The notes: generated by a model from the letters alone, not told the origin. DNA of 64,000 bases from Gloeobacterales cyanobacterium (GCA_038245785.1 JBBRSB010000008.1:32001-96000); one strand, 5' to 3'. Counted from the first letter of the stretch, positions 51,302-61,659 are shown. Numbers and translations: made by a program.

Positions 51302-51458
51302 TCTTGAGAACGCGCTCAGCCCTCAAATCTCAGATTGGTGTGGATTGAGCGACTTGCCCTGAGCCTTGTGGTCCCCAAGCATCCTGCCCTCAGCTCTGTC
51401 GTGTCTGGCACAAGGTACTGCGCTCCGTTAGTAGTAAAAAGTGCACAACGGTAAAAAT

Positions 51459-51543
51459 CGGAAGGGGGGGGATTCGAACCCCCGATGAGTTTCCCCATAA
51501 CAGTTTTCGAGACTGCCGCATTCAACCGCTCTGCCACCCTTCC
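51459..51543 (-). tRNA. tRNA-Ser(CGA)
   Basis: GGAAGGG acceptor stem, anticodon loop CTCGAAA, long variable arm, GGTTCGAATCC; CCA not encoded. Confidence 0.96.
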
Positions 51544-51622
51544 ACGGTCTATCCACCTATAATACGGCGGTGCTTACCAAGGGGAAAGCACTATCTTGCA
51601 AGATTGCCTCCCAGTCCTAGGT

Positions 51623-52468
51623 CTAAGCACTGAGGTGCTGTCGCAGCGCCTTTTCCATCACTACAAGCAAAGCAGCATCTTCCTGCCCAGGATGAAGCCA
51701 AAGTTGCAGAGCCTTCCAGCCTTGATATACCAGCATTTCCAGACCACCCTGTGTCGCTAGTCCTCGTTCTTGGGACCAAGTGAGGAGTTGGGTCACTTCT
51801 GGTTTGTAGACCAAGTCATAGACTAAGGCATCCTTCGGCAATAACGCCAGTTCTTCCTGATTGAGCGGTGAAGCCTCTGGATGGGGGTCCATCCCCAGCG
51901 GTGTCGTGTTTACGACCAGGTGCGTATCAGAAAGAACCGAAGCGACAGACTGTTCTGGTCCCAAAAGTTGAATATGCGGAAACTGTACGTGTATCGCCTG
52001 TAGATTGGCTAGAGTCCTTCCCTGAACATATATTCGCTTCATGCCCAAAGCTTGGCAGCCTGCAATCACGGCCCTAGCCGCTCCTCCACAGCCGAGAATG
52101 AGGACCTGAGCTTCTGACCAATCTGGTTGATATCTTTGCAAGGGAGCGATAAAGCCTGCCCTATCGGTATTGTCTCCGAGCCATCCATGCTCAGTACGCA
52201 AAACCGTATTCACGGCACCAATCTGTCGGGCGAGGGGCGTACAGTCCTGCATCAGGGGCATCACTGCCTGTTTATGAGGAATCGTGATATTGAATCCTCC
52301 ACAGCCCAACACCCAAAGTCCTGATGCCGCCTCTTTTATATTTTCTGGAGCCACGGGAAAGGCCAAATAATGAGCATCCAAGCCCAGATATTCCAACGCG
52401 GCCCGATGCATCACCGGCGAAAGAGAATGAGCGATAGGATAGCCCAGTAGACCAAAGAAACGCGTCAT
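51623..52468 (-). CDS. aroE: Shikimate dehydrogenase
   Basis: HSLSP.MH, NITIPHK, GAVNT, NTD, GCGGAA, DLVY. Confidence 0.95.
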   Translation of the reverse strand: MTRFFGLLGYPIAHSLSPVMHRAALEYLGLDAHYLAFPVAPENIKEAASGLWVLGCGGFNITIPHKQAVMPLMQDCTPLARQIGAVNTVLRTEHGWLGDNTDRAGFIAPLQRYQPDWSEAQVLILGCGGAARAVIAGCQALGMKRIYVQGRTLANLQAIHVQFPHIQLLGPEQSVASVLSDTHLVVNTTPLGMDPHPEASPLNQEELALLPKDALVYDLVYKPEVTQLLTWSQERGLATQGGLEMLVYQGWKALQLWLHPGQEDAALLVVMEKALRQHLSA

Positions 52469-52611
52469 CTTGTCACACCGTCCCATACCCACGTAGAGGC
52501 GCAAAGTTTTGCGCCTCCGTTAAAGGATATCCATAATTGGCATCGGATTTGACATGGTGATCCTATAGGCGTTGTAAATTTTAAAGTATCCATATCCCGT
52601 TGGAAGTGCCG

Positions 52612-53184
52612 ATGGAACTGACACATACCCTCAAAGAATGGGCCATCGCAGTCCAGGCGTTAGAAAAAGGTGAAACCATCTTGCTTCTACGTAAAGGAGG
52701 TATCCGTGAAAAAGGAGGAGCGTTCACCATTCCCCATCGCGAGATTTTGCTCTATCCAACTTATGAGCATCAAAAACCCCATCTTCTTAAACCAGCTTAT
52801 GCAAACCAAGTAAAACCTGTCGCTTCTGGTTGGCATCCAGCCAGTGTCCCGCTGGGTTCTTGGGCCAAGATTACTGATATTTTCCAGGTGAGCGAAGAAG
52901 AAACAGTATCAGCCCTCCTGCCGTTTCATATTTGGAATGAGCAGTTTGTGCAGGAACGTTTTGGGTGGAAACCCCGTCAACCCCTAACCGTTATTTTGTT
53001 ACGGGTTTATAAATTCTCTCAGGCAAAAACGATACCGTTCCTTCCAGAATACGGAGGATGTCGCTCGTGGATTGATGTCGTCGAACCAATCGCTCTTGAA
53101 GAGTCTAAACCCGTTTTAGGAGATTCAGAGTACATTCGAAAAACTGCTGAGGTTCGTGGACTGATAGCCGAACTTCAAATCTGA
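52612..53184 (+). CDS. DUF1802-family protein
   Basis: LKEWA, LLRKGGI.E, YPTYEHQ, YGGCRSW. Confidence 0.85.
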   Translation: MELTHTLKEWAIAVQALEKGETILLLRKGGIREKGGAFTIPHREILLYPTYEHQKPHLLKPAYANQVKPVASGWHPASVPLGSWAKITDIFQVSEEETVSALLPFHIWNEQFVQERFGWKPRQPLTVILLRVYKFSQAKTIPFLPEYGGCRSWIDVVEPIALEESKPVLGDSEYIRKTAEVRGLIAELQI

Positions 53185-53189
53185 GCTGC

Positions 53190-53957
53190 TCAAACATCAA
53201 ATTGGGCAATCACAGGCGTGTGGTCTGAAGGCTTTTCCCAACCTCTTGGTACTTTATCAATCCAACAGGTTGTGCACAGCTTGGCTAAAGGTTCGGATAC
53301 CCAGATATGGTCAATCCGCAGACCCCGATTGCGGCGGAAGGATACGGCCCGATAATCCCACCAGCTAAATGCTATTTCTTGATTGTGGAGGCGGAAAGCA
53401 TCGACAAAGCCCCAGTCTTTCACTTTTTGCAAAGCCTGATGCTCCTCAGGATGAAAACCAACCTGATTGGTCATCTCCTGGACGGAGAATACATCCCGCT
53501 CTTCTGGAGCAATATTAAAATCCCCGCATAGCAAAACTAACTGTTTGGGGTCGTATTGCTCCTTCAGAAAAGTCTGCAATCTGGCCAGCCAATCTAATTT
53601 ATAAGCAAATTTTTCGGAACTGACTTCAGAACCATTGGGAATATAAGCATTGACAATTTTTATGTTATTCACAGTGGCCATAATCAGACGCTTCTGAGCA
53701 TCTTCCCCATCTTCAGGCAGCCCCTTGCTAACCTCTGTGATTTCTGTTTTGGAAAGAATAGCCACGCCATTAAACGTTTTTTGACCAACGTAGGCTAAGT
53801 GATAGCCCAAAGCTGCTAAAGGCTCAACGGGAAATTTATCATTGATAGTCTTTGTCTCCTGCAAACAGACAACATCTGGATGATGTTCTTTTAGCCAATC
53901 CAAAAGGACGGGCAGGCGAGCATTGATTGAATTTACGTTCCAGGTGGCAATATCCAT
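53190..53957 (-). CDS. xth: Exodeoxyribonuclease III
   Basis: ATWNVNSI, LQETK, GDFN, WWDYR, RIDH, PSDH. Confidence 0.95.
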   Translation of the reverse strand: MDIATWNVNSINARLPVLLDWLKEHHPDVVCLQETKTINDKFPVEPLAALGYHLAYVGQKTFNGVAILSKTEITEVSKGLPEDGEDAQKRLIMATVNNIKIVNAYIPNGSEVSSEKFAYKLDWLARLQTFLKEQYDPKQLVLLCGDFNIAPEERDVFSVQEMTNQVGFHPEEHQALQKVKDWGFVDAFRLHNQEIAFSWWDYRAVSFRRNRGLRIDHIWVSEPLAKLCTTCWIDKVPRGWEKPSDHTPVIAQFDV

Positions 53958-54005
53958 TGAGGCATTTTCCCACAGCGTAAACAAGTCTGGTTATAATTCG
54001 CTCTG

Positions 54006-54575
54006 ATGAGTCTTGTCACCGACCACGGACTGCTTACAGAAGCCTTTGACCTCTATACCGAGGTCAATCAGACTTGGTTCAAAGGGCATCTCCCCCCTAT
54101 CCATATCGATTCCAGAAAAAAAAGAAGCTCGATCCCAGAGGCGCAGGAACGTTTCTTACTCTGTCTGAGCACCAAACAGATGCTGCGCACAGCGGGGCTT
54201 TTCCGCTATCAGGTGCGCCGTCAGGGTCCCAGAATCACCTATTATCCGCTTGCGATTATTTTGAGCAGTCCATTATTCAGCAATCCGGTCTATCGCCAGC
54301 AAGAACTGGCCAGCACCCTGAAGCATGAGATGTTGCACTGTGCCCAAGCGATTGGCTACCTGGAAGGCCAACCCGTAAAACCTTGCCATAACGCAGAATT
54401 CAAATGGTGGGCAGAGCATATCGGCACCACGGTCCGCCATACGATGACCGCAGAACAACCCTGGATCTACCGCTGTGCTCAATGCACTCAAATTTTTCGC
54501 CGCAGTCGCCGGATTAGTGCTCGCTATGTTTGTGGTCGCTGCCGAGGTGCCCTGGAGTGCATTCATAGTCTCTAA
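54006..54575 (+). CDS. SprT-like zinc metalloprotease
   Basis: HEMLH, H..EF, two C-terminal CxxC motifs. Confidence 0.85.
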   Translation: MSLVTDHGLLTEAFDLYTEVNQTWFKGHLPPIHIDSRKKRSSIPEAQERFLLCLSTKQMLRTAGLFRYQVRRQGPRITYYPLAIILSSPLFSNPVYRQQELASTLKHEMLHCAQAIGYLEGQPVKPCHNAEFKWWAEHIGTTVRHTMTAEQPWIYRCAQCTQIFRRSRRISARYVCGRCRGALECIHSL

Positions 54576-55417
54576 AGAGCAGGGATTGCAGAAAGGATGG
54601 GTATCGGTGTGATTTTGCCTAGTGTCTGGCTGATTGCTTCATGCAGTAAGCCATTGGTTGCCAAAACTCGGCCAGAAGCTATATCGAGTGAGCTTAGGTC
54701 ATAGCTGCTCAACTGTCCTCCTGCTTCCAGAACGAGCACAATACCTGCCACCATATCCCAAGGAGAAAGCCCACGCTCCCAATAGCCATCAAACCTGCCT
54801 GCAGCCACATAAGCCAGGTCTAGGGCGGCTGACCCTAGCCGTCTCACCCCTTGGGTTACCTGAGTAAAGTGACAAAATTCAGCGTAGTTATTGTCTTTTA
54901 CTTTTGCACGGTCATAGGCAAAGCCTGTTGCCAGGAGGCTATCAGCCACCTGTTTTGTGCTGGAAACCCGAAGGGGCTGTGTCTGTCCATCCTGGGTCAG
55001 AAAAGCGCCAAGTCCTAATCCTGCGGTAAATAATTCATCCGTAATCGGGTTGTAGACCACCCCAACGATAGGTTGTCCATCGAGTAATAGACCGATAGAA
55101 ACCGAAAAGACAGGAAAGTGATGGGCATAGTTAGTTGTTCCATCCAGGGGGTCTACCGCCCAGACATAGGAGCTGCTCAGGTCTCCCGAGGCTCCAGATT
55201 CTTCCGCTAAAATTCGATGCTCTGGAAAGGCCGCTTTCAAAATATCTAAAACTTCTTTTTCAGAAGCCGTATCTGCTTCTGTGACCAAGTTTCCTGGCGT
55301 TTTCTCCTGAATATTCTCCAGCTTGCCCCAGAAGTCTTTAAGTTTTTCACCTCCAGCATGAGCCGCCTGAGTGGCAACTGTTAGATACTGCTGAATGTCT
55401 TGCGCTGATGGATGCAT
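54572..55417 (-). CDS. suhB: Inositol monophosphatase family protein
   Basis: AEE, DPLDGTTN, GSAALD, WD.AG. Confidence 0.9.
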   Translation of the reverse strand: MHPSAQDIQQYLTVATQAAHAGGEKLKDFWGKLENIQEKTPGNLVTEADTASEKEVLDILKAAFPEHRILAEESGASGDLSSSYVWAVDPLDGTTNYAHHFPVFSVSIGLLLDGQPIVGVVYNPITDELFTAGLGLGAFLTQDGQTQPLRVSSTKQVADSLLATGFAYDRAKVKDNNYAEFCHFTQVTQGVRRLGSAALDLAYVAAGRFDGYWERGLSPWDMVAGIVLVLEAGGQLSSYDLSSLDIASGRVLATNGLLHEAISQTLGKITPIPILSAIPAL

Positions 55418-55474
55418 CCTAGATTTAGCCTCATGATTTTTTTAGTGCTTATTTGTCTTAGCTAAACCTAGGGT

Positions 55475-56455
55475 TTAGATTGCATTTTCCACCTGAGTAA
55501 GGTCTACGCTTTCTAATCGTGGGCCTAGCTGCGCTACTACTCTAGAAGCCAGATAAGAGGCAATCCGTCCTGTCCTTTCTAGAGGGAGATGATGGGTTAG
55601 GCCATAGAGTAGACCCGCAGCGTACATATCGCCAGCACCCGTACTGTCGATGGCCTCCACCGCATAGGCTGGGATTTCATAAACCTCGTCGCCGTGTTGA
55701 ATCAAGGAGCCTTGACCGCTCATAGTGACTACCGCCGTTTCACAGTAACCCTTGAGGACTTCCAGTACTTCTTTCGGATCTTTCGTGTAGGTAAACAGTT
55801 CCATCTCCTCTTGGTTCCCAAACAGGAGGTCTACATGGGCTTGCACAATTCTGCGGAAATCATCTCTGTGGCGCTGAACACAGAAAGGGTCAGAGAGGCT
55901 CATAGCCGTCTTGACTCCGTAGCTACGGGCTGTCTCCAGGGCCAACAAAACGGTCTCTTTTTGAGATTCGGTATCCCATAGGTACCCTGTGACATAGAGA
56001 TAGCGACTGGATTTGAGGTCCTCTAAATTCAAATCTTTCGGACTTAGCTGACGACACATTCCCAGATAGGTATTCATCGTCCTTTGCGCATCTGGCGTAA
56101 TCAAAATCACGCTCAAACCCGTTTTGCCATCGCCAAGGCTAATCTTGGAATGCACTCCCTGCCTTTCCATATCAGCAACGTATTGGTGCCCGTAGTCATC
56201 ATTGCCAGCTTTGCCCGTAAAACAAACCTTCCCTCCCAGTTGCGCAAGGCCAATAGCAGTATTAGCAGCAGAGCCGCCAGACGTAGTATTAACCAAATAT
56301 TCTCTGATTTGGGGAACTAAACTGTCGTAACCTTCTTCATCGATAAGAGCGACGCTCCCTTTGGCTAACCCCAATTGGTTCACCAATCCGTCTTGGACCT
56401 TCGCTTGAAGGTCAAATAATGGGTTTCCAATGGCAAAAACATCCCAGCGTGTCAT
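55475..56455 (-). CDS. PfkB-family (adenosine kinase-like) carbohydrate kinase
   Basis: GGSAAN, RTMNTYLG, DSTGAGD. Confidence 0.9.
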   Translation of the reverse strand: MTRWDVFAIGNPLFDLQAKVQDGLVNQLGLAKGSVALIDEEGYDSLVPQIREYLVNTTSGGSAANTAIGLAQLGGKVCFTGKAGNDDYGHQYVADMERQGVHSKISLGDGKTGLSVILITPDAQRTMNTYLGMCRQLSPKDLNLEDLKSSRYLYVTGYLWDTESQKETVLLALETARSYGVKTAMSLSDPFCVQRHRDDFRRIVQAHVDLLFGNQEEMELFTYTKDPKEVLEVLKGYCETAVVTMSGQGSLIQHGDEVYEIPAYAVEAIDSTGAGDMYAAGLLYGLTHHLPLERTGRIASYLASRVVAQLGPRLESVDLTQVENAI

Positions 56456-56629
56456 GGTACTCCCATAGGTTGCGTCTTTACTTTAACGTCCTCTTTGAGA
56501 CATGGGAAATTTCGATTCTTTACACTTATGTCCTATGATCCAAAAGGGGGACGTGAAGTTTCCATAAGAAGAGTAAACTGACTTTTGCGATATACACAAG
56601 TCAACACGAGTTTAAGGAGTGATAATCTC

Positions 56630-56926
56630 ATGCGTTATTTGAAACAAGTAGGAACATTGGTAAGCCTTGGTACTCTGATGCTGGGCTTGGCCGCCTGCAG
56701 TGGTGAAAAGAAAACTGAAGAGACCACGACAAATACAACCACTACAGCTCCTGCTGATGGTGCTGCAGCTCCAGGTTCTTCTACCTCCACAACCACTACA
56801 GCTCCTGCTGAAGGTAGTAGTACTATGGCTCCAGGTTCTAGCTCTACAACTACTACCACTCCTGCTGAAGGTACTCCTACCAAAGAAACTACCTCTACAA
56901 CCACTAAAGCAACTGAGAAGAAGTAA
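56630..56926 (+). CDS. Small Thr/Ser-rich lipoprotein
   Basis: RBS AAGGAG; lipobox LAAC; TTTTAPA repeats. Confidence 0.85.
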   Translation: MRYLKQVGTLVSLGTLMLGLAACSGEKKTEETTTNTTTTAPADGAAAPGSSTSTTTTAPAEGSSTMAPGSSSTTTTTPAEGTPTKETTSTTTKATEKK

Positions 56927-56946
56927 TTTTCTTTTCGCTAATTCTG

Positions 56947-56986
56947 AAATGGAGACAGAAGCTAAACGCCCTGCCTCCATTTTTTT
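56947..56986 (+). terminator. Intrinsic terminator
   Basis: AAATGGAGACAG...CTGCCTCCATTTTTTT. Confidence 0.65.
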
Positions 56987-57347
56987 AAACTAAACGATAC
57001 GTCATTTTCATAATTATTTAAACCAACTAGATATTTTAGATCAAGAAAACCTGTACTAAATAAACTAAAAATTTGTCCGATGCCTTTTTTACCAATATTA
57101 ATAATTATTCCCTGTCTGCCCATAGACTAGCTACTAATTGCATCGTGCATAGTAACAACATCCAAGTGTGCCGTAGTACTCTGATAGGTTGCGTCTCTTC
57201 TTCTAACTTTCTCTGTAAGACATAGGAAATTTCGATTCTTTACACATATGTCCTATGATTCAATGGGAACTTTAAGTTTCCATAAGAAGAGTAAACTGAC
57301 TTTTGCGTTATACACAAGTCAACACGAGTTTAAGGAGTGATAATCTC

Positions 57348-57794
57348 ATGCGTTATTTGAAACAAGCAGGAACATTGGTAAGCCTTGGTGCGCTTATGTT
57401 GGGCTTGGCTGCCTGCGGGGGTGAAAAGAAAACTGAAGAGACCACGACAACCACAACGGTAGTTCCTGGGGCTGCGGCGCCTAGCACTTCAACAACAACG
57501 GTGGTTCCTGGTGCCGCAGCACCTAGCACTGCTGCTACGGATTCTGCGGCGAAGGCGGGAGCAGGTGCCCAACAAGCCAGTGATGCGGCCAAAGAAGCTA
57601 GCAGCGCGGCCAAGGAAGCTAGCAGCGCGGCAAAGAATGCCAGTACGGCCAAGACTGAAGCAGCTGGAGATTCTGCGATGAAGGCGGGTGATGCCGCCAA
57701 GGACGCTGGTGCTGCTGCTGGCGGTGCGGCTGGAGATTCTGCGATGAAGGCGGGCGATGCTGCTAAAGAAGCAGGCGAAGCTGCTAAGAAGTAA
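57348..57794 (+). CDS. Small Ala-rich lipoprotein, paralogue of 56630
   Basis: Same signal peptide and lipobox; AAKEASS and GDSAMKAGDAAK repeats. Confidence 0.85.
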   Translation: MRYLKQAGTLVSLGALMLGLAACGGEKKTEETTTTTTVVPGAAAPSTSTTTVVPGAAAPSTAATDSAAKAGAGAQQASDAAKEASSAAKEASSAAKNASTAKTEAAGDSAMKAGDAAKDAGAAAGGAAGDSAMKAGDAAKEAGEAAKK

Positions 57795-57816
57795 CAGTTA
57801 AAATCTCAAAGATGCT

Positions 57817-57844
57817 AAAAAAGGGGCCTGTTGGGCCCTTTTTT
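57817..57844. terminator. Bidirectional terminator
   Basis: AAAAAAGGGGCC-TGTT-GGGCCCTTTTTT between convergent genes. Confidence 0.7.
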
Positions 57845-57866
57845 GATGGTCTGATTGTCTGGGGCT

Positions 57867-60077
57867 CTAGCCGATTAGCTCCATGGCCCGCTTGGCAATT
57901 GCTGATGCGGTTATACCGTTAAATTCCATTAATTGCGCAGGACTGGCGGTAGTTTCTCCCCGCTTCCAGGCAAAGGTATCTCGTTTTGGGGCAGTAGTTC
58001 TGAGCATAACGGGTTCAAGAGATGCACTCGCTCCTCCGGTAACGCCGATAAGGGCATCGGCTCCAAAGAACGCCTCAAATTCGGCATCGCCCAAGAAATC
58101 ACCATCAGGCTCAGAACAGGTGTCCCAAGCTACATCATGCGTACGGTAAAGACGGCGAGGATTGACTACAGAGACAATCTTCACCCCGATACCCTGATTT
58201 TCTAACTGAGTAGCCGCTTCAAAAACAGGAAGCAGAGCCATGTCGCCAATAACGGCAAACACAACTTTCTTGGTCCCAGCGGTTTCCTTTAGGACAATCG
58301 CTCCGTCCTTAAGGGCTTGACGCGCTTGGTCGAGGGTTGTGCGAATCGGCAGCGGAGATTTACTGGTAGTGATCACGATGCCTTTATTTTTCGTGGTTAG
58401 CGCCCATTCATAGGCGGCTTGAATTCCGTTGGCATCGGTAGGGAATAGCGGAAAGATATTGCCATTGCGCATCATCGCTGCAAAATAAGCTTCGATTTCA
58501 GGGCGTTGATGGGTCCAGCCATTACGACCTTGCTCCAAAGCTCCCGCCGTAAACAGGGTGATGGTTGAAGGGGTAGGACGACGTAGTTCTGCCATCGCTT
58601 GTGTCACCGTTTGCCAAATCGGAAGACCATTGATCGCAAAAGATTCGTAGGAGCACCAGAGGCTACGGCTGCCCATAAGAGCCAGCCCAACCGCCAACCC
58701 GGCACAGGCATCTTCACTCAGAGGTTCATAGACTTGGCCGTCAGGACTCTGAAAATAGAGGGGGTCTGTGGTTGGATGGATAATTTTGAGGGCCTGGTTG
58801 ATATTGGCCAGTCCTGAAGCTTCGTTGCCATCAGCATTGGAGACAACAAACTTGGGGTCTTTCTGGCCGACTTGAGCAACGAGGAGACCCATGGCTGTGG
58901 TCGGAACTTTTGGCTCACCGCCTACGGGAAAATCTTGCAGAGTAAGTTCACCTAGTTCCTGAAGCGGCAGCACAAATTCTGTAACCGCTGTCTTACCCGC
59001 AGGCCCGCCCCCAGCCCGCTCACAGTTGGTCCGCACCAAGGCCCAGGCTTCTGGGGATAGCGCACGTTCTTTTAGGGCACCGACGATATCTTCATTGTCT
59101 AGGGTGTGGTGAGCATAGAGATTATGGGATTTAGCGCCCCGTGCATGGACTCCTGCTCCTTTGAGCTGTTTGATAATTAAGACTGTAAGTTTACCGCTCA
59201 GGGCAGAGCGGGCTGCTTCATCGGCGGCTACGAGCACGGCCTCTGTGAATTCCATGCGCTGCTCGAACGAAAAAATCGTGCTATCGACAAAGGGACCGGG
59301 CTGGTTTTGGTCATCAAAATCTTTAGCATCGACCAAAATCACTTCTTCAAAGCTATTCCCCGTCCAGTAATCCATCATTTGTTCATCAGCAAAGGTGGAG
59401 ACCATACTGTGATGCTCTTGGCTGAAGCCATTCCAGACCAGAACGGGTAGAAAATTAGTGATGTTAGGATAGGCCGTGTGGAAATGCATCATCGAACTCA
59501 TGATGTAGGGCTCACCCAAACCACCATCACCGACGGTAAAGGGAAAAAGCTTTCCAGGATGCAAAAAGGCAGCAGCCATCGCAAAGTGCTGTCCTTGTCC
59601 AAGAGGACCCGCTGGAGCCAGAATTCCAGGGATATAGCCCGACAGGTGCCCAAGCAATCCATGTTTCTCGCGATAGCCTTCCCGTAGCTGCGCGACTGTA
59701 TGGATACCCATATCTTCCAGGGAACGGTCCATGAACATCGCACTATAGAACCCAGGAGCATGGTGACCGACTTCCGTCGGGATATTTTTGTGGCCGAGCA
59801 TCACTAGCGAGGCATAGGCTTCTACTGAGCTAGCAAAACCGCCAGGGTGTCCTGAAGCTTTACTGGCTGTGATTTGTAGAGTAAGGTAACGTAGCGCATC
59901 CGCCGCCAGCAAAGTCTGAAATACCGCCGCATCATCGGTAGGATCCGTGATGCTATGGCTTCCTTCGGCTATCGCAGGAGTTTTCCCATAGCGGTCAAAG
60001 CCAGGAAGTGGTTTACCGAAGTATTGCACTCCTTCACAGAAAGCGGGGGTGGAAGTTTGGCTGGCAGTCGTCGTCAT
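57867..60077 (-). CDS. Phosphoketolase/transketolase-like ThDP enzyme
   Basis: SGHPGG, GHHAPG, GDG ThDP motif, SYESF, QGRNGWTHQ. Confidence 0.85.
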   Translation of the reverse strand: MTTTASQTSTPAFCEGVQYFGKPLPGFDRYGKTPAIAEGSHSITDPTDDAAVFQTLLAADALRYLTLQITASKASGHPGGFASSVEAYASLVMLGHKNIPTEVGHHAPGFYSAMFMDRSLEDMGIHTVAQLREGYREKHGLLGHLSGYIPGILAPAGPLGQGQHFAMAAAFLHPGKLFPFTVGDGGLGEPYIMSSMMHFHTAYPNITNFLPVLVWNGFSQEHHSMVSTFADEQMMDYWTGNSFEEVILVDAKDFDDQNQPGPFVDSTIFSFEQRMEFTEAVLVAADEAARSALSGKLTVLIIKQLKGAGVHARGAKSHNLYAHHTLDNEDIVGALKERALSPEAWALVRTNCERAGGGPAGKTAVTEFVLPLQELGELTLQDFPVGGEPKVPTTAMGLLVAQVGQKDPKFVVSNADGNEASGLANINQALKIIHPTTDPLYFQSPDGQVYEPLSEDACAGLAVGLALMGSRSLWCSYESFAINGLPIWQTVTQAMAELRRPTPSTITLFTAGALEQGRNGWTHQRPEIEAYFAAMMRNGNIFPLFPTDANGIQAAYEWALTTKNKGIVITTSKSPLPIRTTLDQARQALKDGAIVLKETAGTKKVVFAVIGDMALLPVFEAATQLENQGIGVKIVSVVNPRRLYRTHDVAWDTCSEPDGDFLGDAEFEAFFGADALIGVTGGASASLEPVMLRTTAPKRDTFAWKRGETTASPAQLMEFNGITASAIAKRAMELIG

Positions 60078-60203
60078 ACGTAGATACCTAATGCAGCATG
60101 GGCTAGCTTTTTATCGTACATCCGCTTCTGAACAGGACTAGTTAAATTTGGAGATCCCCCGGCCAAAATGCTATTCGAAGCAATAGGCAGCGTTGCTAAT
60201 ATG

Positions 60204-60275
60204 CGCCCCCTAAATCCCCCAATGCTGGGGGACTTTGAATGTAGCACCCCCCAAAGTTGGGGGGCAGGGGGGCGA
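60204..60275. repeat. Dispersed C/G-run palindromic repeat
   Basis: Inverted relative of 14567-14638. Confidence 0.8.
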
Positions 60276-60333
60276 GGAGAGCGCGGGGGGATGCAGTCAA
60301 AAACCCAATAATTTCTACAAAAGATTTAAAGAC

Positions 60334-61659
60334 TCACTTTACATCTTTAAGCTTAATTCCCCGAATCGAATAATCCAGTAATTCCATAGGATGCATAATC
60401 GGTACTGTTTTCCCTTGGAGTTCTAAATGCTTCCGTATTTGTAGTCCACAGCCAGGATTTGGAGAAGCAATCAGTTCTGCCCCTGTGTTAACAAGATTGG
60501 TTACTTTCTGCTGGCCTAATTCATCGGCAATTTCTGGTTGCAAGATGTTATAGACTCCAGCACTACCGCAGCATAGAGCTGCATCGATAGGTTCTTTAAG
60601 CTTCAAACCAGGAATCTTTTGGAGGAGTCTACGCGGTTGCATACTAATTTTTTGGCCATGTAATAGATGACAGGCATCTTGATAGACCACGGTTAAAGCC
60701 TGGTCTGACAGAGGAGAAAGCGGAACCGTTAAACCAACATCATGTAGAAATTCTTGGACATCTCTAACTCGATTAGCAAATTGCTTAGCTTTTTCTCGAT
60801 AGTTCGGGTCGTCCTGCAAAATATGACCATATTCTTTCAGAGTATGACCACATCCTGCTGCATTGATGATGATGTAATCTACCCCAGTATTTTCAAAGCT
60901 ATCGATCATTTGGCGGGCCATCTCTTGGGCCTGCGCTTCTTGTCCTTGATGGTGAGGTAAAGCTGCGCAGCAGCCCTGACTTTGAGGAACAACCACTTCA
61001 CAGCCATTGGCCGTTAAGACTCTAGCCGTAGCTTCGTTGACATTGGTAAAAAGAAGCCGTTGGATACAGCCCAAGATCATGCCGACTCGATAGCGTTTTT
61101 CTCCCTGTGCAGGTATTAAAGCTGGCAAACTATCGCGAAAAGCACTCATCGGAATCTCTGGCAAAATCGATTCCATACTGGCTAGACGAGGGAATACTTT
61201 TCTAAAGATTCCCGTTGAGCGGATTACCTTCTGTAGCCCCAGTTTTTGATAGGGAATCATCGGAGCCATTAAGACCCGCAGCCTTTTGGGATAGGGCAAG
61301 AGGCTAAACATAAGCTTACGCAGTATGCGGTCTGGCAAACTGCGAGAATAATTCCGTTCTACTTGAAATCGTGTAGCAGAAATCAGTTGGTCATACTGTA
61401 CGCCCGAAGGACAAGTAGAGACACAGGCCAAGCAGCCTAAACAGGAATCAAAATGTTGGCTGGAGGTGGGCGAAAGAGGCATCTCTCCTTTATTAATCTG
61501 CTCCATAAGATAGATGCGCCCTCTTGGCGAATCCATTTCAGTCCCTAAGACTCGATAGCTAGGACAGGTCGATAGACAAAATCCACAGTGCACACAGGAA
61601 CTAATCAGTTTTGGGTCTGGAGGATGCTCTGTATCAAATCCTTTAGCTTGTGTTTCCAC
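60334..61659 (-). CDS. glcF: Glycolate oxidase Fe-S subunit
   Basis: CVHCGFC..CP, SPRGRI, CLGCLAC, two CCG domains. Confidence 0.92.
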   Translation of the reverse strand: METQAKGFDTEHPPDPKLISSCVHCGFCLSTCPSYRVLGTEMDSPRGRIYLMEQINKGEMPLSPTSSQHFDSCLGCLACVSTCPSGVQYDQLISATRFQVERNYSRSLPDRILRKLMFSLLPYPKRLRVLMAPMIPYQKLGLQKVIRSTGIFRKVFPRLASMESILPEIPMSAFRDSLPALIPAQGEKRYRVGMILGCIQRLLFTNVNEATARVLTANGCEVVVPQSQGCCAALPHHQGQEAQAQEMARQMIDSFENTGVDYIIINAAGCGHTLKEYGHILQDDPNYREKAKQFANRVRDVQEFLHDVGLTVPLSPLSDQALTVVYQDACHLLHGQKISMQPRRLLQKIPGLKLKEPIDAALCCGSAGVYNILQPEIADELGQQKVTNLVNTGAELIASPNPGCGLQIRKHLELQGKTVPIMHPMELLDYSIRGIKLKDVK

